NCBI GenBank assembly: GCA_964019425.1
Contig: OZ025788.1
Coordinates: 806,001-870,000 of the forward strand
Direction of reading: 5' to 3'
Source: Flectonema sp. DT1601
Taxonomy: Eukaryota
DNA: 64,000 bases
Both the position numbers and the translations under genes were made by a program. The notes under the pieces are model-generated. The model was not told the origin of the DNA, did not search any database, and worked only from the letters and a program-made list of their open reading frames with translations. Below, one piece after another: positions 1-11,316 of this stretch. Each line of letters starts with the position of its first letter. Positions within the stretch are counted from its first letter, which is position 1.

Positions 1-135
1 GAGTAAAAAAAATGATAATATTAATAATACCGAGAGAGTTCTCATAAATATGTTTTCTGTGACTGATGCACATCAGAGCAAGAATATTGAGATTTATGGA
101 TAAAGTTTTATAAAAATCAGACAATAATAATGTCG

Positions 136-1515
136 TCATCTCCCTTCACCCCAGCTCATCATGATCCGAACTCTCCATCTCCAAAATAATAAACATTCTC
201 GTATGACGTGGGCTGGGCTTTGGAACATTTCTTTCCAGGCTGAAAAAACATTTCTTTGCAAGGTAGCTAACAGGACTGCATCATTTCTGACATTTTCTAA
301 GTGCAATAGAACTGAAGGGACATTGTCCTCTCGTATTAGAATAGAAAATGCCGTCCAATTTGCCCAACCCTGCAGTGGAAGAACAGACGCATCATTTGCT
401 ATCACGGGAATGCATCCGCCTGCCATTGCTTTTAGCAGAAAGCTTGAGTGTATAGCAAACGAAGATCCTCTTGTGACCAGACAAAAAATAGCTTTTTGAA
501 CATCACCGCCTTTACCTACGAGAACTGATTGTTCTTTTGCAAGTTCTCTAAAAGCAGATATTCTCTTTGATTGAATTAGTAATAAATAATCTCTTCTTGA
601 ACTGTTGGTGAATTCAGAAGTAGAATTAACAGTATTTAGTAACTGAGGTATCAAAGGAATGGACGTGTCAAACCAGTCGACGAAGTGAGACGCTTCAAAG
701 TTTGATCTCATTAGCATCATAAAACTCGGATCAAAGTAAAGTTTTTCACGAGTCATTAGCGTATCAGAAACCTCCCAAGCCATGTGTGCGAGACCAATAT
801 AACTTGTTGCTAATATTCTTTGTGAAAGCCATCCATGTGGAGACAGCATTGGTAGTAATTTCTGAAGAGATTTGCTAGCTAATTGTCCAATCCAATTAGT
901 GTTGTCCCAACCTGAGAAGTCGAGTAGTGGAAGAAGAACACAGCAGTCGTCAACCGATTGCGACACAAATGGTTTTATAATATCAAAATCAAAACTTTTT
1001 ATTACAGATTCATAATGCTGACTTCGAACTGTTTTTTCAGTTCTTAATTTCTGAAATCGAATTGGTTTTGCGAGGGTACTTTTCATTATTTTAAAATTAT
1101 TTTCACAACCAGCCTTTAGAAGCATACATTTCTCTCTGTGAACTCCAGAACAAATAACTCTAAAGGGGATAGGTCTCCTTTTAGAAATAGAAACAGCCCC
1201 ATTCAAGGCTACTACTGGCTGCTGCTCTTCAAATGACGAAAGGGCTGCAGAATGTGATAAAACAGAACGGATCCCAGAAGTTAATACACTTCCATACGGT
1301 GATAAGTCAGGCCTTACATGTTTTGCCGTGTTTTCATACCTACATATATCCCACCACGCACTAGCTTGTCGTACGGGTTCGTGTTTGCTACGGGTTCGTT
1401 CTTTACTTGATTTCCCTTCAGCACTCCCAGTACCGATCTCGTAATTCCATCCTACTAATAACTGAAGACAAATTACTACCAACAGACAACCTCCCAATTG
1501 AATCCTCGTCAGCAT
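136..1515 (-). CDS. Exostosin-family (GT47-like) glycosyltransferase, type II membrane protein
   Basis: N-terminal hydrophobic anchor; C-terminal exostosin motifs FCLVTRG...LLKAMAGGCIPVI...LPL...NWTAFSILI. Confidence 0.8.
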   Translation of the reverse strand: MLTRIQLGGCLLVVICLQLLVGWNYEIGTGSAEGKSSKERTRSKHEPVRQASAWWDICRYENTAKHVRPDLSPYGSVLTSGIRSVLSHSAALSSFEEQQPVVALNGAVSISKRRPIPFRVICSGVHREKCMLLKAGCENNFKIMKSTLAKPIRFQKLRTEKTVRSQHYESVIKSFDFDIIKPFVSQSVDDCCVLLPLLDFSGWDNTNWIGQLASKSLQKLLPMLSPHGWLSQRILATSYIGLAHMAWEVSDTLMTREKLYFDPSFMMLMRSNFEASHFVDWFDTSIPLIPQLLNTVNSTSEFTNSSRRDYLLLIQSKRISAFRELAKEQSVLVGKGGDVQKAIFCLVTRGSSFAIHSSFLLKAMAGGCIPVIANDASVLPLQGWANWTAFSILIREDNVPSVLLHLENVRNDAVLLATLQRNVFSAWKEMFQSPAHVIRECLLFWRWRVRIMMSWGEGR

Positions 1516-1549
1516 TCATTACTCAGTGTGTCTGTAAGAATAATAGATA

Positions 1550-1600
1550 TAATCTTTTGTCTTATCTGGTTGGGGAATTTCCCAATCTTAACGACAACAA
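1550..1600 (-). ncRNA. Candidate single-hairpin AGA-box (H/ACA-like) pseudouridylation guide RNA
   Basis: Minus strand folds UUGUC/GACAA lower stem, internal pocket, UUGGG/CCCAA upper stem, with AGA 14 nt after the upper stem; short for the class. Confidence 0.35.
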
Positions 1601-1673
1601 GTGTCTTTGAATAGCAGAGCAAGACAGAACGCGATATGATTGTCGCAAAACCATCTTTGGTATGCCTTCATTT
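1601..1673 (-). ncRNA. Candidate AGA-box guide RNA, copy 1 of a ~70-bp direct repeat
   Basis: Near-identical to 1875-1946; minus strand folds into one hairpin (UGAA-GGCA/UGCU-AUUCA base, GCGAC/AUCGC top) followed by AGA. Confidence 0.45.
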
Positions 1674-1874
1674 ATCTACTGGAAAACTTCTCAAACACAT
1701 GGCGAAAGTCAAATCTTCACTCAAAACACACAGATATCGGTCTATAAGGGGGCGTCATGTTGGGTGCGAATATCACCCAAAAAAAAAAAAAATAAAAGAA
1801 AGCGCAATATGCTTGTTTATCATTTCATTTTAAAAAAGAGCTTTTCCGAACAATATGGATGGAAATCGGAATAG

Positions 1875-1946
1875 CAGTCTTTGAATAGCAGAGCAAGACA
1901 GAACGCGATGTGATTGTCGCAAAACATCTTTGGTTTGCCTTCATTT
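1875..1946 (-). ncRNA. Candidate AGA-box guide RNA, copy 2 of a ~70-bp direct repeat
   Basis: Duplicate of 1601-1673 with about 3 differences; repeat boundaries coincide with hairpin plus AGA. Confidence 0.45.
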
Positions 1947-4789
1947 GAAATTTTGGAGGGAAATGAGATTGCAGTCAGATAATAAATCTGACAAAGGGAT
2001 ACCTCAAAAGCATGTTGTTTCTGTTTATGAAAAGAACACCTGACAAGAACCAGGTTTCTATTTTGAGTTAGGTTAAGAACAGACGCCGTACTCTTACCCA
2101 CCCTCCGTTAGCTTTTTATTATTGTTTTGTGACCTGAATGAGAGAAAGAAATAACACAGAAATAAATTATGGTATTCCTCTTTGTAATTATCTTCGCAAT
2201 TCCAACAGGCCGCAAGCCTCTATAAAAGTATGTGCTGTTTGTGTTTTGGTTAGAAGATTTCCGGATGAGCAACTGTAACTCCAACTGGAAACAGACATCG
2301 AATGAGGAGCGACATGTGAGACGTTCTGGTTATGAAATATCAACCGAATCTGTGTGAGATTCGGTGATTGAAGTACCGAACTCTCTCTGAAAGGTTCAAC
2401 AAATAGCTAAAGGTGCTGTCGAATATAATATATGTTTCCTCCCCTTATAGATTTAAAAGTACCGTTGGCATAGAATGATTACATCACTACACCACGACGA
2501 GAAGACTTTTCGGTTCATCGAAGCTCGAATTTAATCGTTAATAACAAGAAGGTTGCAGAAACTGTTTGCGTACGGACAGTGAAGGATTGACATCAACGTG
2601 TACAGTAACACAAATCAGGGAGACGCTCACTTACCAAAGTGACGGCAGTGCCTAGTATGACAATTGTCAGCCTCCTCTCAGAAGTACACAAGCAAGTAAA
2701 AACAAATTATAAATTGGGGGAAGCTAACTACAGAAAACTAAAGGGAACAAATCGAGTAGGAAATTTAAAAAAAAAAAGGGAAAAACAAAAAAATAACAAA
2801 AAAATAACAAAAAATCGCAAATGCACACACAAGCCGCACTGAATAACAACAGAATAGTAATTTTCGTAAAAATACTAACAGCGTTTTTTTTTCTTTTTTT
2901 TTTTCTCCTTCTTAGCAGCAACTGCTGTTAGTGTTTAAAGGGAAAATCGGCGGTTGCGGGCCTTTCTGCTTTCTACTTTTTCTTTTTCTGCACCGACGAA
3001 GTCGGAGAAACCATTCAGATTAAGAGCCGTTATGAATTATGTCGCATCCCTTCGAATGTTATCCATATTCCTGTGCGCCAGTATTACTGTCTGCGATCAA
3101 CAAAATATAAGGCTTTTATCTGAATGGTTTTCCTTCTCGAGTGCAAAGTCGAGTTTGGGTGCAAGGCACACTCTACAGAAGCTTAATTTTAAATGAATGA
3201 CTGAAAATATAAAATCGGTGGTAAAAATAAAAAGGGAAAAAAAAAGGGTAAACTGAAACGTAATTCAAGTAATATCAAGGGAAAACCTTCCTATGTCAAA
3301 GTTGTGGAAGTAATGGTTGTTGTCAATAGTTTTAGTACTGTCCAAAACCTGGATTCCCAAGGCTATTGGCAATGATAATTATCATCTTTTAATGAACAAA
3401 AAAAAAAAAAAGAAACAAGCAGAGTGCAACTCACCTCTTTGCAATATTGTTGCTGTAGTAAAGCAACCAAAGTTTCCACTTGGAAGCTTCCACAGATATT
3501 TCTCACACTATTTTTTTTATGCCTTAATAATCTTCCAGGTTGCTACATTGACTCGTTTGTTTTGCGAAGTGTAAAATCATTCTTTATACTACGAGTATAA
3601 AACAGTTTTACATGCTGCTTAACATACTTATTATAATTATTTCTTTTTTTTTTTATTGTTCCGTTCGATCAAGTAGCTTTTTGGAAAGAGGCTAGGGATA
3701 GGAATCGAACAACCACAACAACAATGTATAACTTGTTTTGTGTACGAAACCGTGAACCGACTTGAACTGATAAAGTCAGATAAAACTGAAGGAGGCTTAC
3801 GTGTGGTGCCTAACATTGTTACAATACTTACTTACAAAAAAAAAAAAATAAAATAAAATAAAAAAAACGAAAACACGGCTTTTGTTATGTTGACGAGGCG
3901 TATTGCAGAGGGTTTGGCAGAAAAAAGGAAGAGAGAAAAAAAGAAAAGGGAGGGGGGAAGAATTCCACATCCTCTTGGAAAAAACGATACATTCCGTTAT
4001 TTTTTTAATGATACAAGTAGCTGAAAGGTTAGTAACGAGAGAACAGCAGATGTCAACAGATATTTTCTTTTCGTTTTCCGACTTTGTCGGAGGTAGTTAG
4101 GGAAGTGCTGCAGAACAAAAACCCGAGGGGAAAAAGAAACGAAAACAGCTGCACATTCAGTTACATACATTCGCTTGATTTTTGTTTATTTATTTATTAT
4201 TCGGAGACAAAATAAAACGGACACTCACAAAAAAAAAGGGTAAAAAGGAGGAGTGAAGATCAAGACAAAGGTAAATCATGCCAATGTATTTATTTCTCTT
4301 CACGATATGGTATAGTGCAGCTGACATTCATGACCGCAATGCTGGCTGGATGAACTACAACCTGCACTAGAGAAATTTCTATTTTTTTAAGTTTGTTACC
4401 CCCACCAAAAACAGTTGATCACACATCTTACAAACACAAGCCAGAGTAACAATAGATAGCGAAAGTAAAGATTGAGTGAGTTGGGTTTCCATGTTATAGA
4501 ATTTTTTTTTTTTTTTTTTTTTTTTTTTGTTTGCCGTATTGAAAAAGACGACACAACAGAAAACATGCACATCTTGCCTAGTAACTGGGTCGCAGACTGA
4601 GGTATACCAATAATTATAACACGAAGGCACAGGCAAAGCATCTGTAGAAATGTTTTCAGTGTACAATTTACTAAACGCTTTTTTCATTTTATTTTTTTTT
4701 CTCCACGCCCGACACATTCTCTCGCGTCCAACACAAAAATACTTGCTTTTTTTTTTCTTCTTTTTTTTTTTCTTCCACATTTGGGTACA

Positions 4790-5677
4790 TCATTTTGATG
4801 GAAGAGGATGACTAGTCAGTGGCTGGTCATGAAGAGTTAGTTGTATTTTATCCCAATTAACATTAGCCTTGCCACCAAAGCTGGAAGGGATAGTTTTCTT
4901 TGGTACGAATTCGGGAATGTGGTGGGCACCGATCTTTATTTTTTCCCTGACCCTCTTGTCCAACAATATCTCAATTGTTGCCCAAATCATCCTGAATACA
5001 AAAGGAGGATTGTATATAATACAGCGGCGCATATTCTCAGGATAGACCTGCTGAGTGGTCTTTATCTGACTGCGAAAAACCTGACCAACATTTCCCATGA
5101 GTACCGTAGCCGATATACTCGATAGGTCGATGATGACTGAAAACCTGTCGACGTTTAGTAGCTTTGCAGTCTCTCTGCATCGTTCAATAATGTATGTGTT
5201 CAGAAGAACAGCTCCATCTGTTCCGTGTTCTGCTAGTAATTTGTCTACTTTTTTTTGATCAGCAGTCTGCCACAAAATAGGGTAACCATCAACATCTAAT
5301 CCCCAAAGCGCACAATTGACATACTTGCGGAGAGGTTTCTTAAATGTCGATATCGCAGCTGCATTAATGTCGTTAATCTTCTCCTTCTTCCTCCATCTGT
5401 TTACGTGTTTTAACATTGACGTTGAAACTCCTTTGTCCCAATTTCTTGCAATCAAAGCTCTTGTTACAGAATCCTCATCATTTAATTTGTGAGGATCATT
5501 TATCGGAAGTACTCCACTCTCTTCGAGTTCGTTCACAATTTTATCTCTCATCGCACGTTGTTCTTTTGACAGTTTATGAGGACCACTCCTTTTCATAGTA
5601 AACGGACTGCGTGTGACAGTAGACTTCATTTTCGACTTGAGATCTCCCTGCTCGGAACTCATATCTGAGACAGACAT
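4790..5677 (-). CDS. CRAL-TRIO/Sec14 lipid-binding domain protein
   Basis: RALIARNWD, G.D.DGYPI, IIDLS, QQVYPENMRRCIIYNPP.VFRMIW, IPSSFGG motifs. Confidence 0.9.
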   Translation of the reverse strand: MSVSDMSSEQGDLKSKMKSTVTRSPFTMKRSGPHKLSKEQRAMRDKIVNELEESGVLPINDPHKLNDEDSVTRALIARNWDKGVSTSMLKHVNRWRKKEKINDINAAAISTFKKPLRKYVNCALWGLDVDGYPILWQTADQKKVDKLLAEHGTDGAVLLNTYIIERCRETAKLLNVDRFSVIIDLSSISATVLMGNVGQVFRSQIKTTQQVYPENMRRCIIYNPPFVFRMIWATIEILLDKRVREKIKIGAHHIPEFVPKKTIPSSFGGKANVNWDKIQLTLHDQPLTSHPLPSK

Positions 5678-5791
5678 ATTGTGATCTTTGAATTCTGTTG
5701 GGGGGAATATATAAACTTAGTATTCTAATGATGTTATAAAAACTAAAGGAACACCTTTGATATGATTAACCTTTCAATTAAAGTACAATCC

Positions 5792-6664
5792 TTATGCACC
5801 CTCTAACTTGCATTTCTCACAGTCGCAGCTAAATTCATACTTCTTTAGACGTTCCCTTCGTTCTCTCAGTTTCAGTCCCTTTGGGACATAACAAAGAGTT
5901 ATTTCCTCACCTGTTTTAATAGGACGAGTTGCTTTAACAATCACATCAACTGATTTGCCATCCATTACAAGACAAGCTGATGGTACACAAGAATGATTTA
6001 ACGTAGCTGTTAAAACATAAACACCACTACCAGCTGATAATGAAGGAAGTGTAACAGCGTGTCCGTTGAGTGCGAGTCCACCAATAATAGAATCAATGAA
6101 TTGCTTTGAGAAGATTGTTTCTTTCAGAGATGATAACAAGCTAGAAGAGTCTCCAGGGAATGTAATAAGACTCTGTAGCATCTCAATATAACTTATCGTC
6201 CATTCTCCTAACTCATTGCTGGGTGTTTGTAATCTGTTAAATGCCTGAGCTGCAAACAGTAAAGCATCCTTTGGAGGACATGTAGCATCTCTTTCTAACA
6301 CAACAGTGACGGAGTGCATTATGCGAGCAATAGCTCTAGCTATTGATTCTAAGGTGACAGAGTCAGATCCTTTTTGTAGTTGCCAACTTCTCGCCCTGTT
6401 GATACTTTCTGGTGTTAGAAATTCCATCCACTCGTTTCCATTACAACTTTCACATTCATTCTTTTTCCTTAAACATTGCTCACACATTTCAGGTAGAGCC
6501 TTTGGGTGGGGCCAAACCACCAACGGTGATTCATTAATCAATTCCTCTCCTTCTTCTATATCTTTAGTGGCTATTGCATGCTTTCCTACCACGTCATTCC
6601 AAATTACTTCAAAGGCATATCCTTGTCCATCCATACACGTCTTATAGAATGATAAATCACACAT
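5792..6664 (-). CDS. SET-domain (SMYD-like) lysine methyltransferase
   Basis: GKHAIATKDI..GE, LNHSCVPS, IKTGEEITLCY, post-SET F.CDCEKC. Confidence 0.9.
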   Translation of the reverse strand: MCDLSFYKTCMDGQGYAFEVIWNDVVGKHAIATKDIEEGEELINESPLVVWPHPKALPEMCEQCLRKKNECESCNGNEWMEFLTPESINRARSWQLQKGSDSVTLESIARAIARIMHSVTVVLERDATCPPKDALLFAAQAFNRLQTPSNELGEWTISYIEMLQSLITFPGDSSSLLSSLKETIFSKQFIDSIIGGLALNGHAVTLPSLSAGSGVYVLTATLNHSCVPSACLVMDGKSVDVIVKATRPIKTGEEITLCYVPKGLKLRERRERLKKYEFSCDCEKCKLEGA

Positions 6665-6950
6665 ATTATCTTCAACCTGTCTTATTAAAGTATATTAACA
6701 AGTACTTCACTCTATTCTGTTTGTGAGTAGTAAAGGAATTAATAATCCGACTGCCAAGAACAGTTTTCTAAAATTAATTTAAAAGAAAACAGAACATAAT
6801 TAATTAAGCAATCTCACAGATGAATTACTGAACTGCTAAAGTCTTCATTGCTGAAGATGATTCGGATGCGTTGTCTAAAAAGAGAAGACAACCAGTACCG
6901 AGGATTAATAATGCATTTAATTGAACTGCCTAGTCACAGTAATCACATTC

Positions 6951-7997
6951 CTAGCTGTCCAGAAAGGCTAGGAAAGCGTCGTCTTTCTCCTTCTGTTTTT
7001 GGTCGGCTTCAGACTGCTCGTTTGCAGTGCGTATACCAGTTTTTATATTTTCACTCGGTGGTTTTGTAGTTTTTAACGGCTCTGATTTAACCTGATCAGC
7101 GGATGGTACCTGAGTAACAGACATTATCTCAGAAAGGGTTTCATCGTTGGTATGGTTTCTGATTTGAGTGCCTTTCTCATCAGTCGGTGGGACACACGTC
7201 TCTACTACCTGCGTGGTGAATGCCTTCGGAGAAGAAGTCTCCTTTTTGTAGGATTCCTTTGCAGCCTCTAGTTCATCGTCCAGTTGTTGTTTACGTCTGC
7301 GAAGTTCTTGATTTTGATTATCAATTTCAGTTGTCTTACTGTTGATTTCTTTTAATTTATCATTATGAGTGGGCTCTAAAGTTTGTGTAAATTGTTTCTC
7401 AGCTTCCAACATTGCTTCGTCTTCTTTCTTTAAAAGCACTTCTTGCTCTGATGCGAGCTTCTTGGCATTTTCACTCATTTCTTGTGCCATAGTCGGGTCA
7501 TATTTGCAGCGCAGGTCGGTATAAAATGATTTTATACGATCTTTAAGGGCTGTTAGTCCTTTTGTTTTCATTGCGTTGGATATTATTTCAGAAGTTGAAG
7601 TTTTTAATGATTCAGTAGTAAGGTCAAAAGTTAATTCATCTATGCTGTGTTGATCAACGTTGAAAGAGAGCAGACCGTGAGCATCGCTGCTTTGATATCC
7701 ATATCGGTCTTTGTATTCTCCTTGCCATTCAATTTTCATGTCGAAATCAAAGAACACTCCTCGCTTCCCACGTCTGTTTAATGCAATTGCTTCTCCTTCT
7801 ATCTCTCCACGTATAGCTAATAATCGTAAGGTTATATTTTCTTCTTGTAAGATGGTGCTGCTTGTTACCCAGTTTTTCAGTATGTGTTTTGCCTTATTTG
7901 TGACATCTTTTTCTGACCAATGCCAGTCGTTAACGTTTTGACCGTCCTCTCTATTCTCAACAACCCAACGAGGGTCTAATTGATCCAGTCTTGCCAT
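6951..7997 (-). CDS. Aha1 N-terminal domain protein (Hsp90 co-chaperone-like) with coiled-coil tail
   Basis: DPRWVVENREDGQNVNDWHWSEKD and GEA..NRRGK..FFD motifs; no C-terminal START-like domain visible. Confidence 0.8.
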   Translation of the reverse strand: MARLDQLDPRWVVENREDGQNVNDWHWSEKDVTNKAKHILKNWVTSSTILQEENITLRLLAIRGEIEGEAIALNRRGKRGVFFDFDMKIEWQGEYKDRYGYQSSDAHGLLSFNVDQHSIDELTFDLTTESLKTSTSEIISNAMKTKGLTALKDRIKSFYTDLRCKYDPTMAQEMSENAKKLASEQEVLLKKEDEAMLEAEKQFTQTLEPTHNDKLKEINSKTTEIDNQNQELRRRKQQLDDELEAAKESYKKETSSPKAFTTQVVETCVPPTDEKGTQIRNHTNDETLSEIMSVTQVPSADQVKSEPLKTTKPPSENIKTGIRTANEQSEADQKQKEKDDAFLAFLDS

Positions 7998-8347
7998 CTC
8001 TTGAAAAGTTGTCGACCTGAATTAAAAACTATAATTTTTAAAATGCCAATCAGACCAGCGTACTTATAACATAACGAGACACAAATACAGGGAAGAGGAT
8101 ACAACGGAAACAACTATAACGAGTTATAAAAGACAGCTATTCCTTTTTTTAACTCAGAAATCATTATTTAACTAAGAAACATAAAAAGAACTACATTCTA
8201 TAAACATCACTTGAATACTATGAATACGTTAATCATGGAAAGAAGAAGTTGCTGACTGCTCATATGTGTAATTATTTAAAGAATATGAAAGAGAGGTCAT
8301 TAATCATCCAATAGGGGCCTTATAGCCAAAGGGTAAAATCGAAATGA

Positions 8348-9946
8348 TCACTTCTTATCTTTACAACTTGACGCTATTACACTTCTTATGTCTTCATAGC
8401 TGTAGGTGTTTGCAGCTGACAGTGGGAGAGCATCAAAGATCGGTAGCAGGTGAACCAGTCGATGTGAAGTAAAAAAAGCTGTAAGGCACTGACGAGATAC
8501 GTGAGTTTCATTCTGACAACCAGTTGATTCTTTAAAAGAACTCATCGCTTGATCAATAGAACCATACGTTCGGATAAACTTCGAAGCAATTAGACGAGCA
8601 GCAGACGATAGAATTGGCTCCGGGCGCTTCTTCTTCGGAGTTGTAGAAGCTGCTGGAGTGCGTGCGGCAGGTGACATACTTCGACTTTGCAAGTCAGGTG
8701 GTCCGCCTGGACACCAATCGTTGTCTATTTTCTTTTTAGCAGAATTCATTTTCTTAACTGGTGTGGTCTGTGAGTCTTCCGCTTCTTTCTGTAGTGATGC
8801 CAACTTCCCACGAAGTGCTTCATTTTCAGTTCTCAGAGACCCAACCCTTCCCGAAAGAACTTTCCTACTTCTAATTGCGGAATTCTGTTCATGTAAACAT
8901 TTTTCCTTCAGAGTGAGATCTTTTTCTAATTCCTCAGCAACTCTGGTCCTGGTAGCCAAGTGACTGTTTTCTGAAGTAAACTTCTGAAGTAATCTATCCC
9001 TCTGCCCTTCTAATTGAGATATTCTTTCGTACAAGGCATTCACTTGTTGTTTTGTGTGGTCAGAAGCGTTTGCAGGAGTTTCTGTTGGGACGTAGTATTG
9101 ATGTACTTTAGCGAAATAGCTGTTAACGGAAAGCTTGCGAAAATAACGCTGCATGAGTGACTTTTCAGTCTTCCTCCTGTGAAGGAAAAGCCAGGCGGGA
9201 GGAGGGTATTGTCGCTGTTTTTCGCACTCACTACTGTGAGGATTATTTTCAATGACTTTCATACTGTCAGATATGACATCTCCACAACATGCGAGTACTG
9301 TACCAGCGAAGTGAATTCTGATACCGGAGTCGATGAGAACTCGAGCTGGCTGAGTTGACAGAGCGCCCGCCGTGTGAATTCCTCGACTTGATAAGTTGTA
9401 AAGAATATTTAAAACTTCCTCAGCAGGAATACCAGCTCGAGAAAAGACTTCTTCGAGACTTCCCTTTTGTTGTACAGCTGACTGGCTGGTAGGAATTATC
9501 TGTTTACTATTCGGTACTCCCTGAGGAGAGATATCACTGTTAGACTTCAAAGGAGAAGAATCTATATCAGCCTGGAGAGGTTCTTCTTCTAAGAGTTCGA
9601 AGTCGCACACGAGACGAGGGCTTCCGTTTTCGGATGTCTCCGACTGCAGTGTTAGTAGTCGTCCTTCTGCTTTTCCTCGCAGTTTTCGTAAATTAAATCT
9701 GTCGTCTAGTCCGATCAATTCAATTGTAACCAAACTAAAGCAATCCCAATTACCAACAACTTTTCCACCACCTTCACCTTCATATCCAATAAGACCGTCT
9801 ATGTTTCCTTCATCTGTGAAGCAGAGAGAACCTTTCATAGCTTTCTCAATAGCTACTCCCTCTGACTCAAATATTCTACAATACCCAGCCACTTGAACAG
9901 ACTTGTAGTCCACTCCGGGAGGTAGAGGGATTATGTTTCGAGACAT
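8348..9946 (-). CDS. Hypothetical protein with coiled coil and possible SAM-like segment
   Basis: Long ORF; first plausible ATG (MSRNII) at 9946; heptad region QVNALYERISQLE...LQKEAE. Confidence 0.7.
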   Translation of the reverse strand: MSRNIIPLPPGVDYKSVQVAGYCRIFESEGVAIEKAMKGSLCFTDEGNIDGLIGYEGEGGGKVVGNWDCFSLVTIELIGLDDRFNLRKLRGKAEGRLLTLQSETSENGSPRLVCDFELLEEEPLQADIDSSPLKSNSDISPQGVPNSKQIIPTSQSAVQQKGSLEEVFSRAGIPAEEVLNILYNLSSRGIHTAGALSTQPARVLIDSGIRIHFAGTVLACCGDVISDSMKVIENNPHSSECEKQRQYPPPAWLFLHRRKTEKSLMQRYFRKLSVNSYFAKVHQYYVPTETPANASDHTKQQVNALYERISQLEGQRDRLLQKFTSENSHLATRTRVAEELEKDLTLKEKCLHEQNSAIRSRKVLSGRVGSLRTENEALRGKLASLQKEAEDSQTTPVKKMNSAKKKIDNDWCPGGPPDLQSRSMSPAARTPAASTTPKKKRPEPILSSAARLIASKFIRTYGSIDQAMSSFKESTGCQNETHVSRQCLTAFFTSHRLVHLLPIFDALPLSAANTYSYEDIRSVIASSCKDKK

Positions 9947-11020
9947 GTGTTGATTGCTGTTTGGGAAGATGTTAACAACTGAAGTACCTGTTGTGATATT
10001 ATTACACAATGTGTGTGTTTTGTTGTATTCAATAGTCAATAGGAATAAGAATTTACTGTTATGAAATACTCTTTATTATTTTTGTGAACCTAACTTGTGA
10101 ACAAGAATACGAACTACACTTCAGAACGCAGTTTCTTTCTGGGGGATGGGAAAGAAAGCCTTTTGCAATGGCTTCTTGTGTTCATTCTGTTTTCGTTCAC
10201 CCTTTTCTTCTTTTGTTTCCTTTGATTTTTTTCGTTCTTCATCTTCCTTGTAAGTCACAAGACGTAAAGCATAACTTTACGCAATAGGCAGGTAGAGCTC
10301 GAAAATCGAAAATATAAGGTCATGTGCGTGCACGTCTTTTTCTGCATTCCCAACCCCCACTTCCTCCCCTCGTATATCAAATAGGTACCGTGTGTGCGAT
10401 TTTTTCAAAAAGATTTGTCAGAACATATTTTCACTTTAAGTCAATCTCGGTAACCTTCATTAACTCGTACAAATTCTTGTTGAAATGAAGGAAAAAAGAC
10501 TTTCAAAAAAAAAAATGAAGTTTCGACGATTGGAGTAGAAGCAAGCCAAGGGGGACCCCAACCTTGCCGTAGCTGTCATTATGTTTTAGTATTTAACAAA
10601 ACACACACGTGTGTGAGTTTATAAAACGCGTTTTCGTTCTGCCAGGAAGTTCCTATTCAGAATGTTGGTCAAAAATATCAACATCGCCCAAATTGAATGA
10701 CATAAGGAACTCCATACAACAGAAAACTAACAAGTCGATGTTAAGAGAGAGGTTGGTCCGCCTTTCTCTTTCTGCTTTTTTTATTCTTTCTTTTTTTTTT
10801 TTTCTTTCTCTTTTCATTTTATTTTATAGTTCTTAACACTGTGCTAGTGACTATGCCTGAATTTCGTTGTTCTGTAGAGTTTCTTGTCTCTTTATTGTTC
10901 GTTCTTTTCATATTTTTTTTTTCCGTTTTTTTTTTATTTTCTGTTGCAGCTAAGAACGAGCTTTGGGTGGGCTCTCCCAGTCTGCAATTCAAGCCAGTTA
11001 ATCGTTGGGCTCGCGTGGAT

Positions 11021-11104
11021 TCAAAGCCCGACTAACCAGCAACGTTGGATCACTTATTCAAAGCCCGACTAACCAGCAACGTTGGATCACTTATTGAAAG
11101 CCCG
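11021..11104. repeat. 37-bp tandem repeat, about 2.3 copies
   Basis: tcaaagcccgactaaccagcaacgttggatcacttat at 11021 and 11058, partial copy at 11095. Confidence 0.9.
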
Positions 11105-11316
11105 TAGCAGTGCTCATACGAGGCGGCCTCTATTTTAGCACTCTACTAAGAAACTCTTTTTTTTTTTTTTTTTTCGTTTCCTTTCCCCCTCTTCTTTCCC
11201 CATCTCTCGGAGGGCATTCGAGTCACAGTGGCAATAGCTGTGCTACATAAATATTTTATTTTCTTTTTTTTTATTTATTTTTTTTTTTATTATTATTTGT
11301 TCTGCTACTCACCGAA

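Noticed and set aside
2639..4780. Short K/F-rich ORFs in intergenic DNA (also 12310-12941, 43832-44161, 49156-50423, 53242-53521)
   Set aside because: Arise from poly-A/T tracts, often non-ATG starts, no protein motifs
11021..11104. 37-bp repeats as a CRISPR array or 5.8S rRNA fragment
   Set aside because: Head-to-tail units with no unique spacers, no cas genes, eukaryotic context; 5.8S-like GGATCACT is too short
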